Shown here: positions 19,870 through 29,261 of the stretch, one piece after another
How positions within the stretch are numbered: position 1 is the first letter of the stretch
Layout: each line of letters begins with the position of its first letter
Assembly (NCBI GenBank): GCA_934157205.1
Contig: CAKPHJ010000002.1
Span: 20,260-84,259, forward strand
Length of the DNA: 64,000 nucleotides
From: an uncultured Clostridia bacterium
GTDB taxonomy: Bacteria; Bacillota; Clostridia; TANB77; CAG-508
Reading direction: 5' to 3'
Position numbers and translations under genes: made by a program
The notes under the pieces: model-generated
What the model was told of the DNA's origin: nothing
The model's input: the letters and a program-made list of their open reading frames with translations, nothing else
Database searches by the model: none

Positions 19870-22140
19870 TTATTTTCTTGCAAATTTTCTTTCAATATCA
19901 TATTTTGTCATTTTTATTGCAGTTGGTCTACCATGAGGACATGTAAATGGGTTTGGTAATTTTAGTAATTTTTCCATTAATGCTTCAACTTCTTGTGTTG
20001 TTAATGCCATATTTGCCTTAACAGCAGCTTTACATGCAACTGTTGCAATAAATTTTTCTTCTTTTTCTTGTTTAGCTGTTCTTGCTACAGTATTTATTTC
20101 ATCTAAAGTTTCTAAGAAAAGCTCTTTATTGTCAAGTTCCAAACACACAGTTGGTACTCCTGTTAATTTTATTGTATTTTCTCCAAACTCTTCTAATGTA
20201 AATCCTGCTTGTTCAAACATTTTTAAATTATCTTTAGCAATATCCATTTCTTTGCTTGTTAATGTTATAACATCTGGCAATAATAACATTTGTGAGTCTT
20301 TATTTGTGTCACTATAATAATTTTCTTTTACCTTTTCATACATAATTCTTTCATGTGCAGCATGCTGATCTAATATGTACATTTCATTTTCAATTTCTAA
20401 TATTATATATGTTTGGAAAACAATACCTATAAATTTATATGCTGGTTTACTAAGTTCTTTACTTTGACTAAATATAGATACATTATTTTTTATTAAATCT
20501 ATAGCATTGTTCTCTTCTTTCTTTTCTTCTTTTTCTTCAATTGGTTTACTACCAAATAATTTTGCATACATTTCGTTAAAGTCTTCTGATATTTCTTTTG
20601 TTTTATCTTCGTTTAAATCTTGCATTTTTTGTTTTATTTCATTAAATTCTTCTTTAACTTCTTTATTATCTATTGTTTCTATTACTTTTTGTACATTTTC
20701 TACTGGCTTTTCATATTGAATTTCTTCTACTTTTTTTTCAGTTTCATTATTAATTCTATTATTCTGATTATCTATATTTTGAATAACATTATTTGAATAT
20801 TCATTTTCGTTTTTTTCTTTTTGTTCCTCTTTTAATTCTGCGTTATTATCTGTTTTTTCTAATTTATATTCTGTAGAATCTTCTTTTAGTTCATCTTTGC
20901 CATCTTTTATTTCATTTTCTATTTTTTCTTTCATTTGTTTTAATTGAGTTAAAATATCAGATGTATCTATAGGTTTTCCATAAATATTATTTGATGTAAT
21001 AGTGTTTGTTTGTTTATTTCTGTATATATCTTCTATTGGATTATTAACATTTGTTTTTATTTTACTTTCATCATCTGTATATTTTTCAATTTGTTTGTCA
21101 TTCTGTTTTCTAAAAGAAAACATATCTCTTTTTAATAAAGTATCTTTTATAGCATGATATATAGCTTGAAAAACTTTGCTTTCTTCTTCAAAACGAACCT
21201 CCAATTTTGCTGGATGTACATTAACGTCTACTTTGGATGGGTTTATTTTTATATTTAAAACTACAAAGCCAAATTTTCCTAATGGTATAAGTCCTTTATA
21301 TGCTTGTTCAGTTGCAGATGATAATGTTTTATCTTTTATAAATCTTTTGTTCACAAAAAACAATTGATTAGATCTATTTGATCTTGAAATTTCTGGTTTT
21401 CCAATAACACCATCTATTTGTATATCTTCATATTTATAAGAAACTTCTAAAATTCCATTCGCTATATCTTTTCCATAAATACTATAAATAACACTTTTTA
21501 AATCTCCATTTCCATTTGTCTGAATTACTGTTTTACCAGTATTTATAAGTTTAATAGAAATTTCAGGATGTACTAATGCAATTCTTGTAATTGCATCTTC
21601 TACATATCCTGATTCTGTATAGTCTTTTTTTAGAAATTTATATCTAACAGGTGTGTTAAAAAACAAGTTTCTTACTGTAATAGATGTACCTGTTTGACAA
21701 CCTATTTCTTGTTTTTCTAGTACATTTCCAGCTTCAACTATAATTTTATTGCCAATTTCCTGTTCTCTTGTTTTAGAAACCATTTCAACATTAGCAATTG
21801 CTGAAATACTAGCTAAAGCTTCCCCTCTAAACCCCATAGATGTAACTGTATTTAAATCTTCTGCAGATCTTATTTTACTTGTAGCATGTCTTTCAAATGC
21901 AATTTCAAGGTCATCTGCAGCAATTCCTTTTCCATTATCAGTTACTCTTATATATGAAATTCCTCCATTTTTTATTTCAACTGTTATATTAGTTGCACCA
22001 GCATCTATAGAATTTTCAACCATTTCTTTTATAACTGATGCTGGTCTTTCTATAACCTCTCCTGCTGCTATTTGGTTAATTGTTAGCTCATCTAATAAGA
22101 CTATATTTCCCATTTTTATATTTTCATTCCTTTCAAGCAA
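19870..22140 (-). CDS. mutL: DNA mismatch repair protein MutL
   Basis: 756 aa. GHKL ATPase motifs (VKEMVENSIDAGAT, DNGKGI, GFRGEAL). Long low-complexity linker. C-terminal QHAAHERI and FTCPHGRP. No mutS next to it. Confidence 0.9.
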   Translation of the reverse strand: MLERNENIKMGNIVLLDELTINQIAAGEVIERPASVIKEMVENSIDAGATNITVEIKNGGISYIRVTDNGKGIAADDLEIAFERHATSKIRSAEDLNTVTSMGFRGEALASISAIANVEMVSKTREQEIGNKIIVEAGNVLEKQEIGCQTGTSITVRNLFFNTPVRYKFLKKDYTESGYVEDAITRIALVHPEISIKLINTGKTVIQTNGNGDLKSVIYSIYGKDIANGILEVSYKYEDIQIDGVIGKPEISRSNRSNQLFFVNKRFIKDKTLSSATEQAYKGLIPLGKFGFVVLNIKINPSKVDVNVHPAKLEVRFEEESKVFQAIYHAIKDTLLKRDMFSFRKQNDKQIEKYTDDESKIKTNVNNPIEDIYRNKQTNTITSNNIYGKPIDTSDILTQLKQMKEKIENEIKDGKDELKEDSTEYKLEKTDNNAELKEEQKEKNENEYSNNVIQNIDNQNNRINNETEKKVEEIQYEKPVENVQKVIETIDNKEVKEEFNEIKQKMQDLNEDKTKEISEDFNEMYAKLFGSKPIEEKEEKKEENNAIDLIKNNVSIFSQSKELSKPAYKFIGIVFQTYIILEIENEMYILDQHAAHERIMYEKVKENYYSDTNKDSQMLLLPDVITLTSKEMDIAKDNLKMFEQAGFTLEEFGENTIKLTGVPTVCLELDNKELFLETLDEINTVARTAKQEKEEKFIATVACKAAVKANMALTTQEVEALMEKLLKLPNPFTCPHGRPTAIKMTKYDIERKFARK

Positions 22141-22786
22141 TTTCTTGATTATTTTTTTCTGCTAATTTTTTTTCAAATTTTGTTGTTAAGCAAATTAATG
22201 TTAAAATATATGCCATTATAATTATAGGTATAGTTAATCTTCCAAATGGTATTCTTGTTATAGCAGTTACACTTAAAACTACAGCTTGTACTAGTATTAA
22301 AGTAAATATAGTTTTTAAAATTGTATTTATAATTCCCAATTTGTAATATCTAATAGCCATATATATTAAAATTATTATTGTAGCAATTGAAAAAGGTGCT
22401 ATATATGGTTTTATAATATCTCTTCCTCTTGTATGAGGAACTGTTAAAATTTGTGTAGAGTCTGCAGATAGTTCAGTTCCATATTTTTCATTAATTTTAT
22501 TTATTAAATTTGATTTTTGTTCATCTGTTATATTTGGTGTTATTATACTTACTGTATCTTCAAAAACCTCTACTTTTTGAATTAAGACTTTTTGATTTGG
22601 AATAACTTCATCTGTTATTTTCTTTATGTCTGAAATTTCAAATTGTTTTTGCAAATATAATTCCACTTTTTTTGCTTCTTCATATTTTAAATCAAAATTA
22701 AATCCTTTTATCACTGCTATAGCTACTCCAGCAATTAATATTATTGCAATTATCAATATTAAAATTTTATTATTTATTTTCTTCAT
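22133..22786 (-). CDS. SecF-like membrane protein (divergent)
   Basis: 217 aa. TM helix, then KGFNFDLKY (compare SecF G-x-DFTGG), a periplasmic-type domain and C-terminal TM helices. Overlaps the SecD-like gene by 17 nt. Confidence 0.4.
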   Translation of the reverse strand: MKKINNKILILIIAIILIAGVAIAVIKGFNFDLKYEEAKKVELYLQKQFEISDIKKITDEVIPNQKVLIQKVEVFEDTVSIITPNITDEQKSNLINKINEKYGTELSADSTQILTVPHTRGRDIIKPYIAPFSIATIIILIYMAIRYYKLGIINTILKTIFTLILVQAVVLSVTAITRIPFGRLTIPIIIMAYILTLICLTTKFEKKLAEKNNQEIA

Positions 22787-24248
22787 TGCTTTCTTTTCCT
22801 CCTAGTTTATTGTTTAATTTAATTTTTAATAGACTATTTGTTATAACAATATTATAAATAAATATTAGCAATATTCCCCAAAACATAATCATTCCAAAAC
22901 TACTAATTGGTTCCCATTTTATAAAACAAAATGTAATAACCATAATTATAATAGGTATTATTTTTATTAAAAATTCTTTATTTGTTTCTTTATTTGCTTT
23001 GCTTACATTCACTTCTTTTATTTTTGAAATAAAACTATAAACAAAAATATAATTTAAAATTAAAGTTAATAATATTCCAAATAATCCTTCAAATGAAATA
23101 ACAACATTTGCATATCTTAAAAGTAATGAAAATACTGTGGCAAATCCAATATATGAAACTGTTCCTAATAAACCTAATAGTTTGAATTTTATTATCATAA
23201 TAATTAAAGCAATAGCTATTATTGCAATAACTGCATATATAAATATTTGAATTGTATTTATGTTAATATCAGAAATTATATATTCATTTCCATCTACTTC
23301 ATATGTTAATGGTAAATTGCCTGTATCTAATACTACCGCCATATTTTTAGCTTGTTCTGCATAACCTTGAACTGTTTTTTTGTCTGTTGAAGCTTTTCCT
23401 ATTGATAATTGTAATTTTCCTGTTTTTAAAGTTTCATCAAAACTTGTAGACATTATTTCTTCATCATCTATTTTCATTGTTATCTTTTTTTCTTCTGTAC
23501 TACTACTATTAGAATCTGTTTTATTTGTTTCTTCTGTTTCATTTGTTGTATCATTACTATTATCTGTATTTGTTGTGTTTTCATCTGATTTTACATATTT
23601 TGTGCTTATATCTTCTAATTTTTTGCTACCTTCTTTATTAAATTCTATGCTTAAATAAACTGTTGTTCCTGATGAAGTTGTTGTACTTGTAGAACCTGAT
23701 CCATATAAAACCTCTGCTTTTTTTATATCAGAATTTGTCATTAATACTTCTTTTGTTTCACTGTCTATAATTTCAAATTTTCCTACCGTATTTAATCCAC
23801 TTATTGTAGAATCTGTTTTATCATCTTCAGGTATTTCAATTAAAATATCTCCTGTTTGTTCATCAATTTTTGTTATATAATTTTCAATATCCAATTCTTT
23901 TAATCTATTTTCTATTATTTTTTTTGCTTTTTTATAATTATCTACATTTTTTTCTTCATCATTATTATAAGCTTGTTCTTCTTTTACATAGCCTTTTTCT
24001 GCAATTTCTTCATCTGTAAGACTACTGCTATTTTTAACTTCGTTTCCACTTGAATCTTTTACAACTGTTTTATTTCCAGTTTTTAATTTTAATCTTATAT
24101 TTCTAGCTCCTTTTAAATTCATTGCATATGAAAAGTCTTTTACTTTGTTTTCCATTCTATTTTGATATTTAATATAAATACCACCAAATGCAATCATTGC
24201 AATTAATATAATTGATAATGTAATAGTTAATATTTTTACTTTTTTCAT
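22770..24248 (-). CDS. SecD-like membrane protein (divergent)
   Basis: 492 aa. N-terminal TM, MNLKGARNIRLKL (compare SecD LGLDLxGG), a long T/S/N-rich extracytoplasmic insert and a C-terminal multi-TM block. Confidence 0.4.
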   Translation of the reverse strand: MKKVKILTITLSIILIAMIAFGGIYIKYQNRMENKVKDFSYAMNLKGARNIRLKLKTGNKTVVKDSSGNEVKNSSSLTDEEIAEKGYVKEEQAYNNDEEKNVDNYKKAKKIIENRLKELDIENYITKIDEQTGDILIEIPEDDKTDSTISGLNTVGKFEIIDSETKEVLMTNSDIKKAEVLYGSGSTSTTTSSGTTVYLSIEFNKEGSKKLEDISTKYVKSDENTTNTDNSNDTTNETEETNKTDSNSSSTEEKKITMKIDDEEIMSTSFDETLKTGKLQLSIGKASTDKKTVQGYAEQAKNMAVVLDTGNLPLTYEVDGNEYIISDININTIQIFIYAVIAIIAIALIIMIIKFKLLGLLGTVSYIGFATVFSLLLRYANVVISFEGLFGILLTLILNYIFVYSFISKIKEVNVSKANKETNKEFLIKIIPIIIMVITFCFIKWEPISSFGMIMFWGILLIFIYNIVITNSLLKIKLNNKLGGKESNEENK

Positions 24249-24686
24249 TTCTAATTCTTCCCTTCTTAAAAATTCTTTCTAAATTTTATATTAATTTTTA
24301 AAAAATATCAACCTTTTTTCTATAATTTTAATTATAACTCGAACTCTTTTCAGAAATCGACTGTCAGCCAAAAATTTCAAAGTGCTAGTTAATAATAACT
24401 TTTTTAGTAATATAAAAACTGGTTAGTAAAAAAACACCAACCAGTTTTTGTGCATTATAAATATTTATATTATATACTAGGAAACTTATACTTTCCTAGT
24501 ATATAATAGCTACAATTGCTAGCCCTTTGAGATTTTCTCTTTTTATCCGAAAACTCAAATCGAGCGAGAACAAAGGGCAACTTACGTTGCTTTGTTCTAT
24601 ATTTTTCAAAATATCTTTTCATTAGTACAAGAGAAACTAGTTTTATAACTAATTAAAAAATCCCTGAACAAATTACTATTTATGTA

Positions 24687-25280
24687 TTATTCTTTTAAGA
24701 CTATAAATTGAAATTTATACTGTGATATGTTTTTACCATCTTCAGTATCTTGAATATCTTCTTTTTCATTTTGCTCATAATTCCATTTCCAATTTATTTT
24801 AAAAGTTTTAGTTTCATTTTTATTTAATGTTCCAATAAGCAAATTATTAAGATCTTCTATTTCACTATAATATTTACTGTTTTTAGATAGATTAAACAAT
24901 AAATTTTTTGGCTTTTTATTGCAACTTGTAAAACAGATTTTATATTTGCTTTTTTTATAAGAATATATTTTTATACTAAAACTTCCTTTGGTTCCTGGAG
25001 CAATTATTTTGCTAAACTTTAAACTTTTATCTATTGTATTTGTAATATTAATATATTTTTCTTGTTTCTTTTTATTTGTGACATCGAAATACATTGTTAA
25101 CTCTTCATTTTGACTATAACTTTTTTTATTTTCACTTTCAAACCCAATATTTTTAAAAAATATTATATCATCTTGGACTTCTTTTTCATTTTGTATATTA
25201 TAAACATATTTACCAATTATTAGAAAAATACAAATAAAAAACACTATAAGCATACATAACAACTTCGCTTCATTCTTCAT
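24687..25280 (-). CDS. TasA/camelysin-like secreted protein, paralogue 2 (tentative)
   Basis: 197 aa. Signal/TM, IIAPGTKGSFSIKIYS, C-terminal INWKWNYEQNE...ISQYKFQFIV. Paralogous to 26010-26597. Confidence 0.45.
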   Translation of the reverse strand: MKNEAKLLCMLIVFFICIFLIIGKYVYNIQNEKEVQDDIIFFKNIGFESENKKSYSQNEELTMYFDVTNKKKQEKYINITNTIDKSLKFSKIIAPGTKGSFSIKIYSYKKSKYKICFTSCNKKPKNLLFNLSKNSKYYSEIEDLNNLLIGTLNKNETKTFKINWKWNYEQNEKEDIQDTEDGKNISQYKFQFIVLKE

Positions 25281-25289
25281 TTATTCCTC

Positions 25290-25803
25290 CTATATTTTAA
25301 CTTGTTCTGAATGTACTTTTATTTGAATATTTTGTAATTCTGTTTTTATGTCTGTATTTTTATTATTTTCATAACTAACTTCAAGTATATATTTATGTTC
25401 TTCTGCCGTATCTTTTCTTACTTCAATATCTTCTGTTTTATTTTTGTGCAAGCTTATTTCTTCTCCATCTTTATATAATTTTAGTTTTATATTTTCATTA
25501 TTATTCATAATTATTTCAATGTTATATTTTAAATTAGTTCCGTGTTATTTTGTTTTCATTATTATAATTTCTTATTTTAAAACAATATTTTCCAAAATTA
25601 TTTTCAGATGTTATTTCTATAGGAGAGTCATTATCAACAATTAATATTGGCTCTGCAATTTCTGTATTTGTTATTATGTCTGTTTTATCATAGTTTTTTC
25701 CAATACTATATCCAGCAAAAAAGAAAATTAAAACAATTGTTGTTATTATAATTAGAGTAATTTCTCTTGATGTTATTTTTATTTTATTTTTCATAAGCTT
25801 CAT
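25290..25803 (-). CDS. membrane-anchored small protein of the TasA-like locus, written in two frames joined at an in-frame CGG (C at 25542)
   Basis: The 89-aa ORF (25803-25534) ends ...aca CGG aac taa. Skipping the C gives gga act aat tta aaa tat aac att gaa ata att ATG, which is in frame with the 72-aa ORF (25508-25290). The allowed shift window is only 25544-25534. The composite is 170 aa. Confidence 0.5.
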
Positions 25804-26009
25804 TCCTTTTTATACAAATTGTTCTTTTTGTACAATTTATATAATTTTTTTAATTCTTTACATTCTATTTTCTTATAATTTTTAACCTATGAATATTGGG
25901 AATCTGTAACTTTAAAAATTTTAAAATTAGTTTAAATTTAAATTTGAAGATTAAGACTTAAAAATAAATAAGATTTTTTAATTTTTCTTTAGAGAATAAA
26001 AGATTTATA

Positions 26010-26597
26010 TTAGGCATTTGGTTCTACTTGTGTTCCTGAAACAACTACTTTAAATGTATATTGCGAAATATTTTTTGCATTTAATGTATCTATTTTATCA
26101 TTATTTGCTATTTCATTTTCATTATTTCCTGTTTCATATTTCCATTGCCATTCTATCTGAAGTGTTCTTGTTTTTTCTTTATCATTTGCAGCAATTGTTC
26201 CTGATAAAATATCTTGTAATTCAGATATAGAATTATATTCTTTTCCTTGATATTTAAATTTTAAGTTTTGAGGCTTGTCTGTTTCATTTTGGAATTTAAC
26301 CTTATAATTAATTCCCACATCTGATTCAGTTCCATCTACTATAATATTAAAACTTCCACTAGTTCCTGGGGCTATTTTGTTATTTAGTAAAGTTTCATTA
26401 TTACATGTAGAAACTAAGTTTATGGTTTGCACTTGTTCTTGCTGACCATTTACTTTAAAACTCCATGTTGCAACTTTAGCTAAACCATCACCTCTTACTT
26501 CAGAAACATATTTTGAATAGGCTTTTCCTCCTATAAATGATATAAGTACTATACTAATAATAGCTAATATTAGTAAAATTTTCTTTTTTTTACTCAA
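26010..26597 (-). CDS. TasA/camelysin-like secreted protein, paralogue 1 (tentative)
   Basis: 195 aa. K-rich signal ending GGKAYSKY (SipW-type look), KIAPGTSGSFNIIVDG, C-terminal IEWQWKYETG...ISQYTFKVVVSGTQ. Confidence 0.5.
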   Translation of the reverse strand: MSKKKKILLILAIISIVLISFIGGKAYSKYVSEVRGDGLAKVATWSFKVNGQQEQVQTINLVSTCNNETLLNNKIAPGTSGSFNIIVDGTESDVGINYKVKFQNETDKPQNLKFKYQGKEYNSISELQDILSGTIAANDKEKTRTLQIEWQWKYETGNNENEIANNDKIDTLNAKNISQYTFKVVVSGTQVEPNA

Positions 26598-26755
26598 TAA
26601 GCATTCCTCCTTTTTATTAATTTTGTGTTTAATTTTTAATTATGATATTAAAACGATAATTAAAATTTTTAGACTTAATCTTTCTTGAAAAAAATTATAA
26701 GAATTTTCAAATGCAAACTCATTATACACTCACAAATTATATTTTGTCAACTACT

Positions 26756-26812
26756 TTTCATCGCAATTTACGACAAAAATCGGGATTGTCACTGTCGAAA
26801 TTTGCGATGAAA
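26756..26812. promoter_or_regulatory. 20-bp imperfect inverted repeat, candidate operator in the divergent promoter region
   Basis: tttcatcgcaatttacgaca (26756-26775) versus the reverse complement of tgtcgaaatttgcgatgaaa (26793-26812). 18 of 20 positions match, with a 17-bp spacer. It abuts the -35 of the 26871 gene. Confidence 0.5.
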
Positions 26813-26817
26813 TTTTC

Positions 26818-26845
26818 TTGCATTTGTTAAATTTTGTTGTATAAT
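26818..26845 (+). promoter_or_regulatory. candidate sigma-A promoter of the 26871 gene
   Basis: TTGCAT (26818-26823), a 16-nt spacer, then TATAAT (26840-26845). GGAGG RBS before the ATG at 26871. Confidence 0.45.
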
Positions 26846-26870
26846 TATAAATAAAAAAAGGAGGTCTTAT

Positions 26871-28211
26871 ATGAATAAAAAAATTTTTATCTTATTTCTA
26901 ACCATATTACTTTCATTATTCATTTCATTTACAATTTATAGCTGTAATGCTAAATACACACTAGACAAACAATTTACAATTGCAAATCTCATTTTAGACA
27001 ACTCGCCACCCACTTTTCAATTAATTTCTGTAAAAAATTCAAACACCAATTATGAAAACTTTGCAAATTGCAATCATACCATAACATTTAAAATTAAATT
27101 AATTGAATCAAATATTAAAACAAATAATTTTAATCAAAACAATTTAAAAGTAAAAGTAGCAAATAACTATATTTCACCAACATTCACAAAATTCACATTA
27201 ATTTCAAATTCTTCAAATGAATTAATCTACGAATTTTCCATAACTAATATTACAAACAATGGTAAACTCGAATTATTTATTCCACCTAATATTGTAGAAG
27301 ATTTTTGCAATAACACAAACAGTGCACTAAATATATCTACCACCATTGAAATAGACAACATTCCGCCTAATTTAACTTTAGAAGAACTTGCTCAATCTGA
27401 TTCATCTTCATTAATAAATATTTGTTCAAATGAATCAATTAGACCATTAGAAAGCTGGAATATTTCTAAAAATAACACCAATTTATCAAAAACTTTCTTA
27501 AGTAATACTTATTTCCCTATTCAAGTTTACGATTATGCTCAAAATACATCAGAAATTTTTATATCTGTAAAAAAATCAAAAAGTATTTCATTATTTTATA
27601 CAACATATGATTCCTATAGTAGTTTTTCTAGTGCTTCAAATGGCGAAATATGTGCTAAAAATACTATTTTAGGTAATCAAAATAATAAAACAGAAAGCTT
27701 ATTTGTTCGTTTAGAAAATAATTCTAATTACAATTTAAATTTATTAGGAAAAACTTATGTCCATACATATTGGGGACCTGGAAGTACTATATTATGTAAT
27801 TTTTCAGAATCTAGTTTTACACATGGATATAATCCCGCTTCTAATTGGTATACAATTAATAAAGATAGATTACTTTATTACAATAAGCTTTTACATACTC
27901 AATTTGGAGGAATTGGCTTAAACTATCCAAATAAAAAAGATATAACTTCTTACAAAGCTATACCTCCTGACATTGCAAATAAAAATCTTTATGGTATATC
28001 AAGTATTTCATTTAAACTAAATAATTCTGACTTTTCAGTTGTTTATCAAACATTTGTAAAAGGCTATGGTTGGATTAAAACTTGTAGTGATGGTGAAGAA
28101 TGTATTTTAGATTATGACAAGCCAATATCTGGTATTAGAATTAATATAATTCCTAAAACAGAAAAGCAATATTTAATTGATTTTTGGAATAAAGATTCTA
28201 CATTTTATTAA
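26871..28211 (+). CDS. secreted protein with Ig-like modules of the giant-protein type and ChW-like C-terminal repeats (tentative)
   Basis: 446 aa. Signal/TM. Module boundaries LDNSPPTF and IDNIPPNL resemble the FDNxxPxI boundaries of the 56443 gene. The C-terminal VVYQTFVKGYGWIKTCSDGEECILDYDKPISGIRINI resembles clostridial hydrophobic-W repeats. Confidence 0.5.
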   Translation: MNKKIFILFLTILLSLFISFTIYSCNAKYTLDKQFTIANLILDNSPPTFQLISVKNSNTNYENFANCNHTITFKIKLIESNIKTNNFNQNNLKVKVANNYISPTFTKFTLISNSSNELIYEFSITNITNNGKLELFIPPNIVEDFCNNTNSALNISTTIEIDNIPPNLTLEELAQSDSSSLINICSNESIRPLESWNISKNNTNLSKTFLSNTYFPIQVYDYAQNTSEIFISVKKSKSISLFYTTYDSYSSFSSASNGEICAKNTILGNQNNKTESLFVRLENNSNYNLNLLGKTYVHTYWGPGSTILCNFSESSFTHGYNPASNWYTINKDRLLYYNKLLHTQFGGIGLNYPNKKDITSYKAIPPDIANKNLYGISSISFKLNNSDFSVVYQTFVKGYGWIKTCSDGEECILDYDKPISGIRINIIPKTEKQYLIDFWNKDSTFY

Positions 28212-28584
28212 CTCCTATAATACCACCTAAAATTCCAAAAATTACTCCCAATGCAATCATAACAATACTTTGTAAATTTAAAACATAATTCCAATTTAAT
28301 ATACTAGAAATTAAGTATAAAATGAACATATATATAGCACCTATTATTGCACCATTTATAAAACCATTTTTCTTTAATTTTAAATTTACAAAAGAACTTC
28401 CAATTAAAATACTCATGGCTGTTGCAATTATTATTACTGTATCAATTATATTTTCACTTAAATTTGTATATGTAAGTAATATAGAAAAAATTAACAAAAT
28501 AATAGCAGTAGTTATAAGTGAAATTAAAATTCCTTGAATAATATGTTTTACAAAATTCGCTTCAGAATAATTCTTAATATTCAT
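28198..28584 (-). CDS. TIGR04086/YrzE-like small membrane protein
   Basis: Four predicted TM helices with the G-rich last helix typical of this family. I prefer the MNIKNY start (28584), behind aaagga. The track ORF starts at 28626. Confidence 0.55.
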   Translation of the reverse strand: MNIKNYSEANFVKHIIQGILISLITTAIILLIFSILLTYTNLSENIIDTVIIIATAMSILIGSSFVNLKLKKNGFINGAIIGAIYMFILYLISSILNWNYVLNLQSIVMIALGVIFGILGGIIGVNKM

Positions 28585-28670
28585 CTTAGCCATCCTTTCT
28601 AATTTAAGTTTATTTTGTTGTAACATTAACTTGTATTTACATATTATTCATTTTATTTATATTTAGAACT

Positions 28671-29243
28671 CTAAAAATTTATTTTTTTATCAAGCTGCTC
28701 TATAATATTAATAATTATATTTTCAATATTAAATTCCTTTCCATATTCTTTTTTTAATGAAGTTGCAATATTTTCTATTTCTTTTGAAAACATTTCTTCA
28801 TTTACATTAAATCCAAAACTAATTATCAAATAGTTAATTTTTCCAGCTATTGTATTAACTTCAGTTAATATTCCACATATCTTTTTTCCATTTAAAAAAA
28901 GATCATTGGGTTTTTTTATTTCTAAATTATATCCATACATTTTATATATGGTATCTTTTATAATATTTGCAATATCTATTGTAAGACCATTTAACATATC
29001 TACACTACACTTTGGTTTTAAAATAATAGAAATTAAAATATTTTTTCCTCTACTTTCTGTGTTCCATTTTCTTCCGTTAGTTCCTATTCCACCAGTTTGA
29101 ATTCCTGCAATAATAACTTTTCCATTATTTTCTTCATTTGCTATCTTTTTTGCATACAAATGAGTAGATTCTATTTTTTCATAATATTCAATTGTTTTTC
29201 CTATTTTTTTAGTATTTATTTTTTTTATTTTCTCTATATCCAT
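28671..29243 (-). CDS. biotin-protein ligase catalytic-domain protein (short form)
   Basis: 190 aa. QTGGIGTNGRKWNTESRGKNILISIILKP matches the BPL motif (GRGRxGRxW...). It lacks the N-terminal HTH and the C-terminal domain. Confidence 0.65.
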   Translation of the reverse strand: MDIEKIKKINTKKIGKTIEYYEKIESTHLYAKKIANEENNGKVIIAGIQTGGIGTNGRKWNTESRGKNILISIILKPKCSVDMLNGLTIDIANIIKDTIYKMYGYNLEIKKPNDLFLNGKKICGILTEVNTIAGKINYLIISFGFNVNEEMFSKEIENIATSLKKEYGKEFNIENIIINIIEQLDKKINF

Positions 29244-29261
29244 TCTTTTCCTCGACTATTG

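Noticed and set aside
24341-24362. A possible third, inverted copy of the 180-nt repeat. The reverse complement tttctgaaaagagttcgag resembles the core tttctggaaagagttcgcg.
   Set aside because: Only about 20 nt match. The terminal inverted repeats and the rest of the element are absent. It may be a relic or chance.
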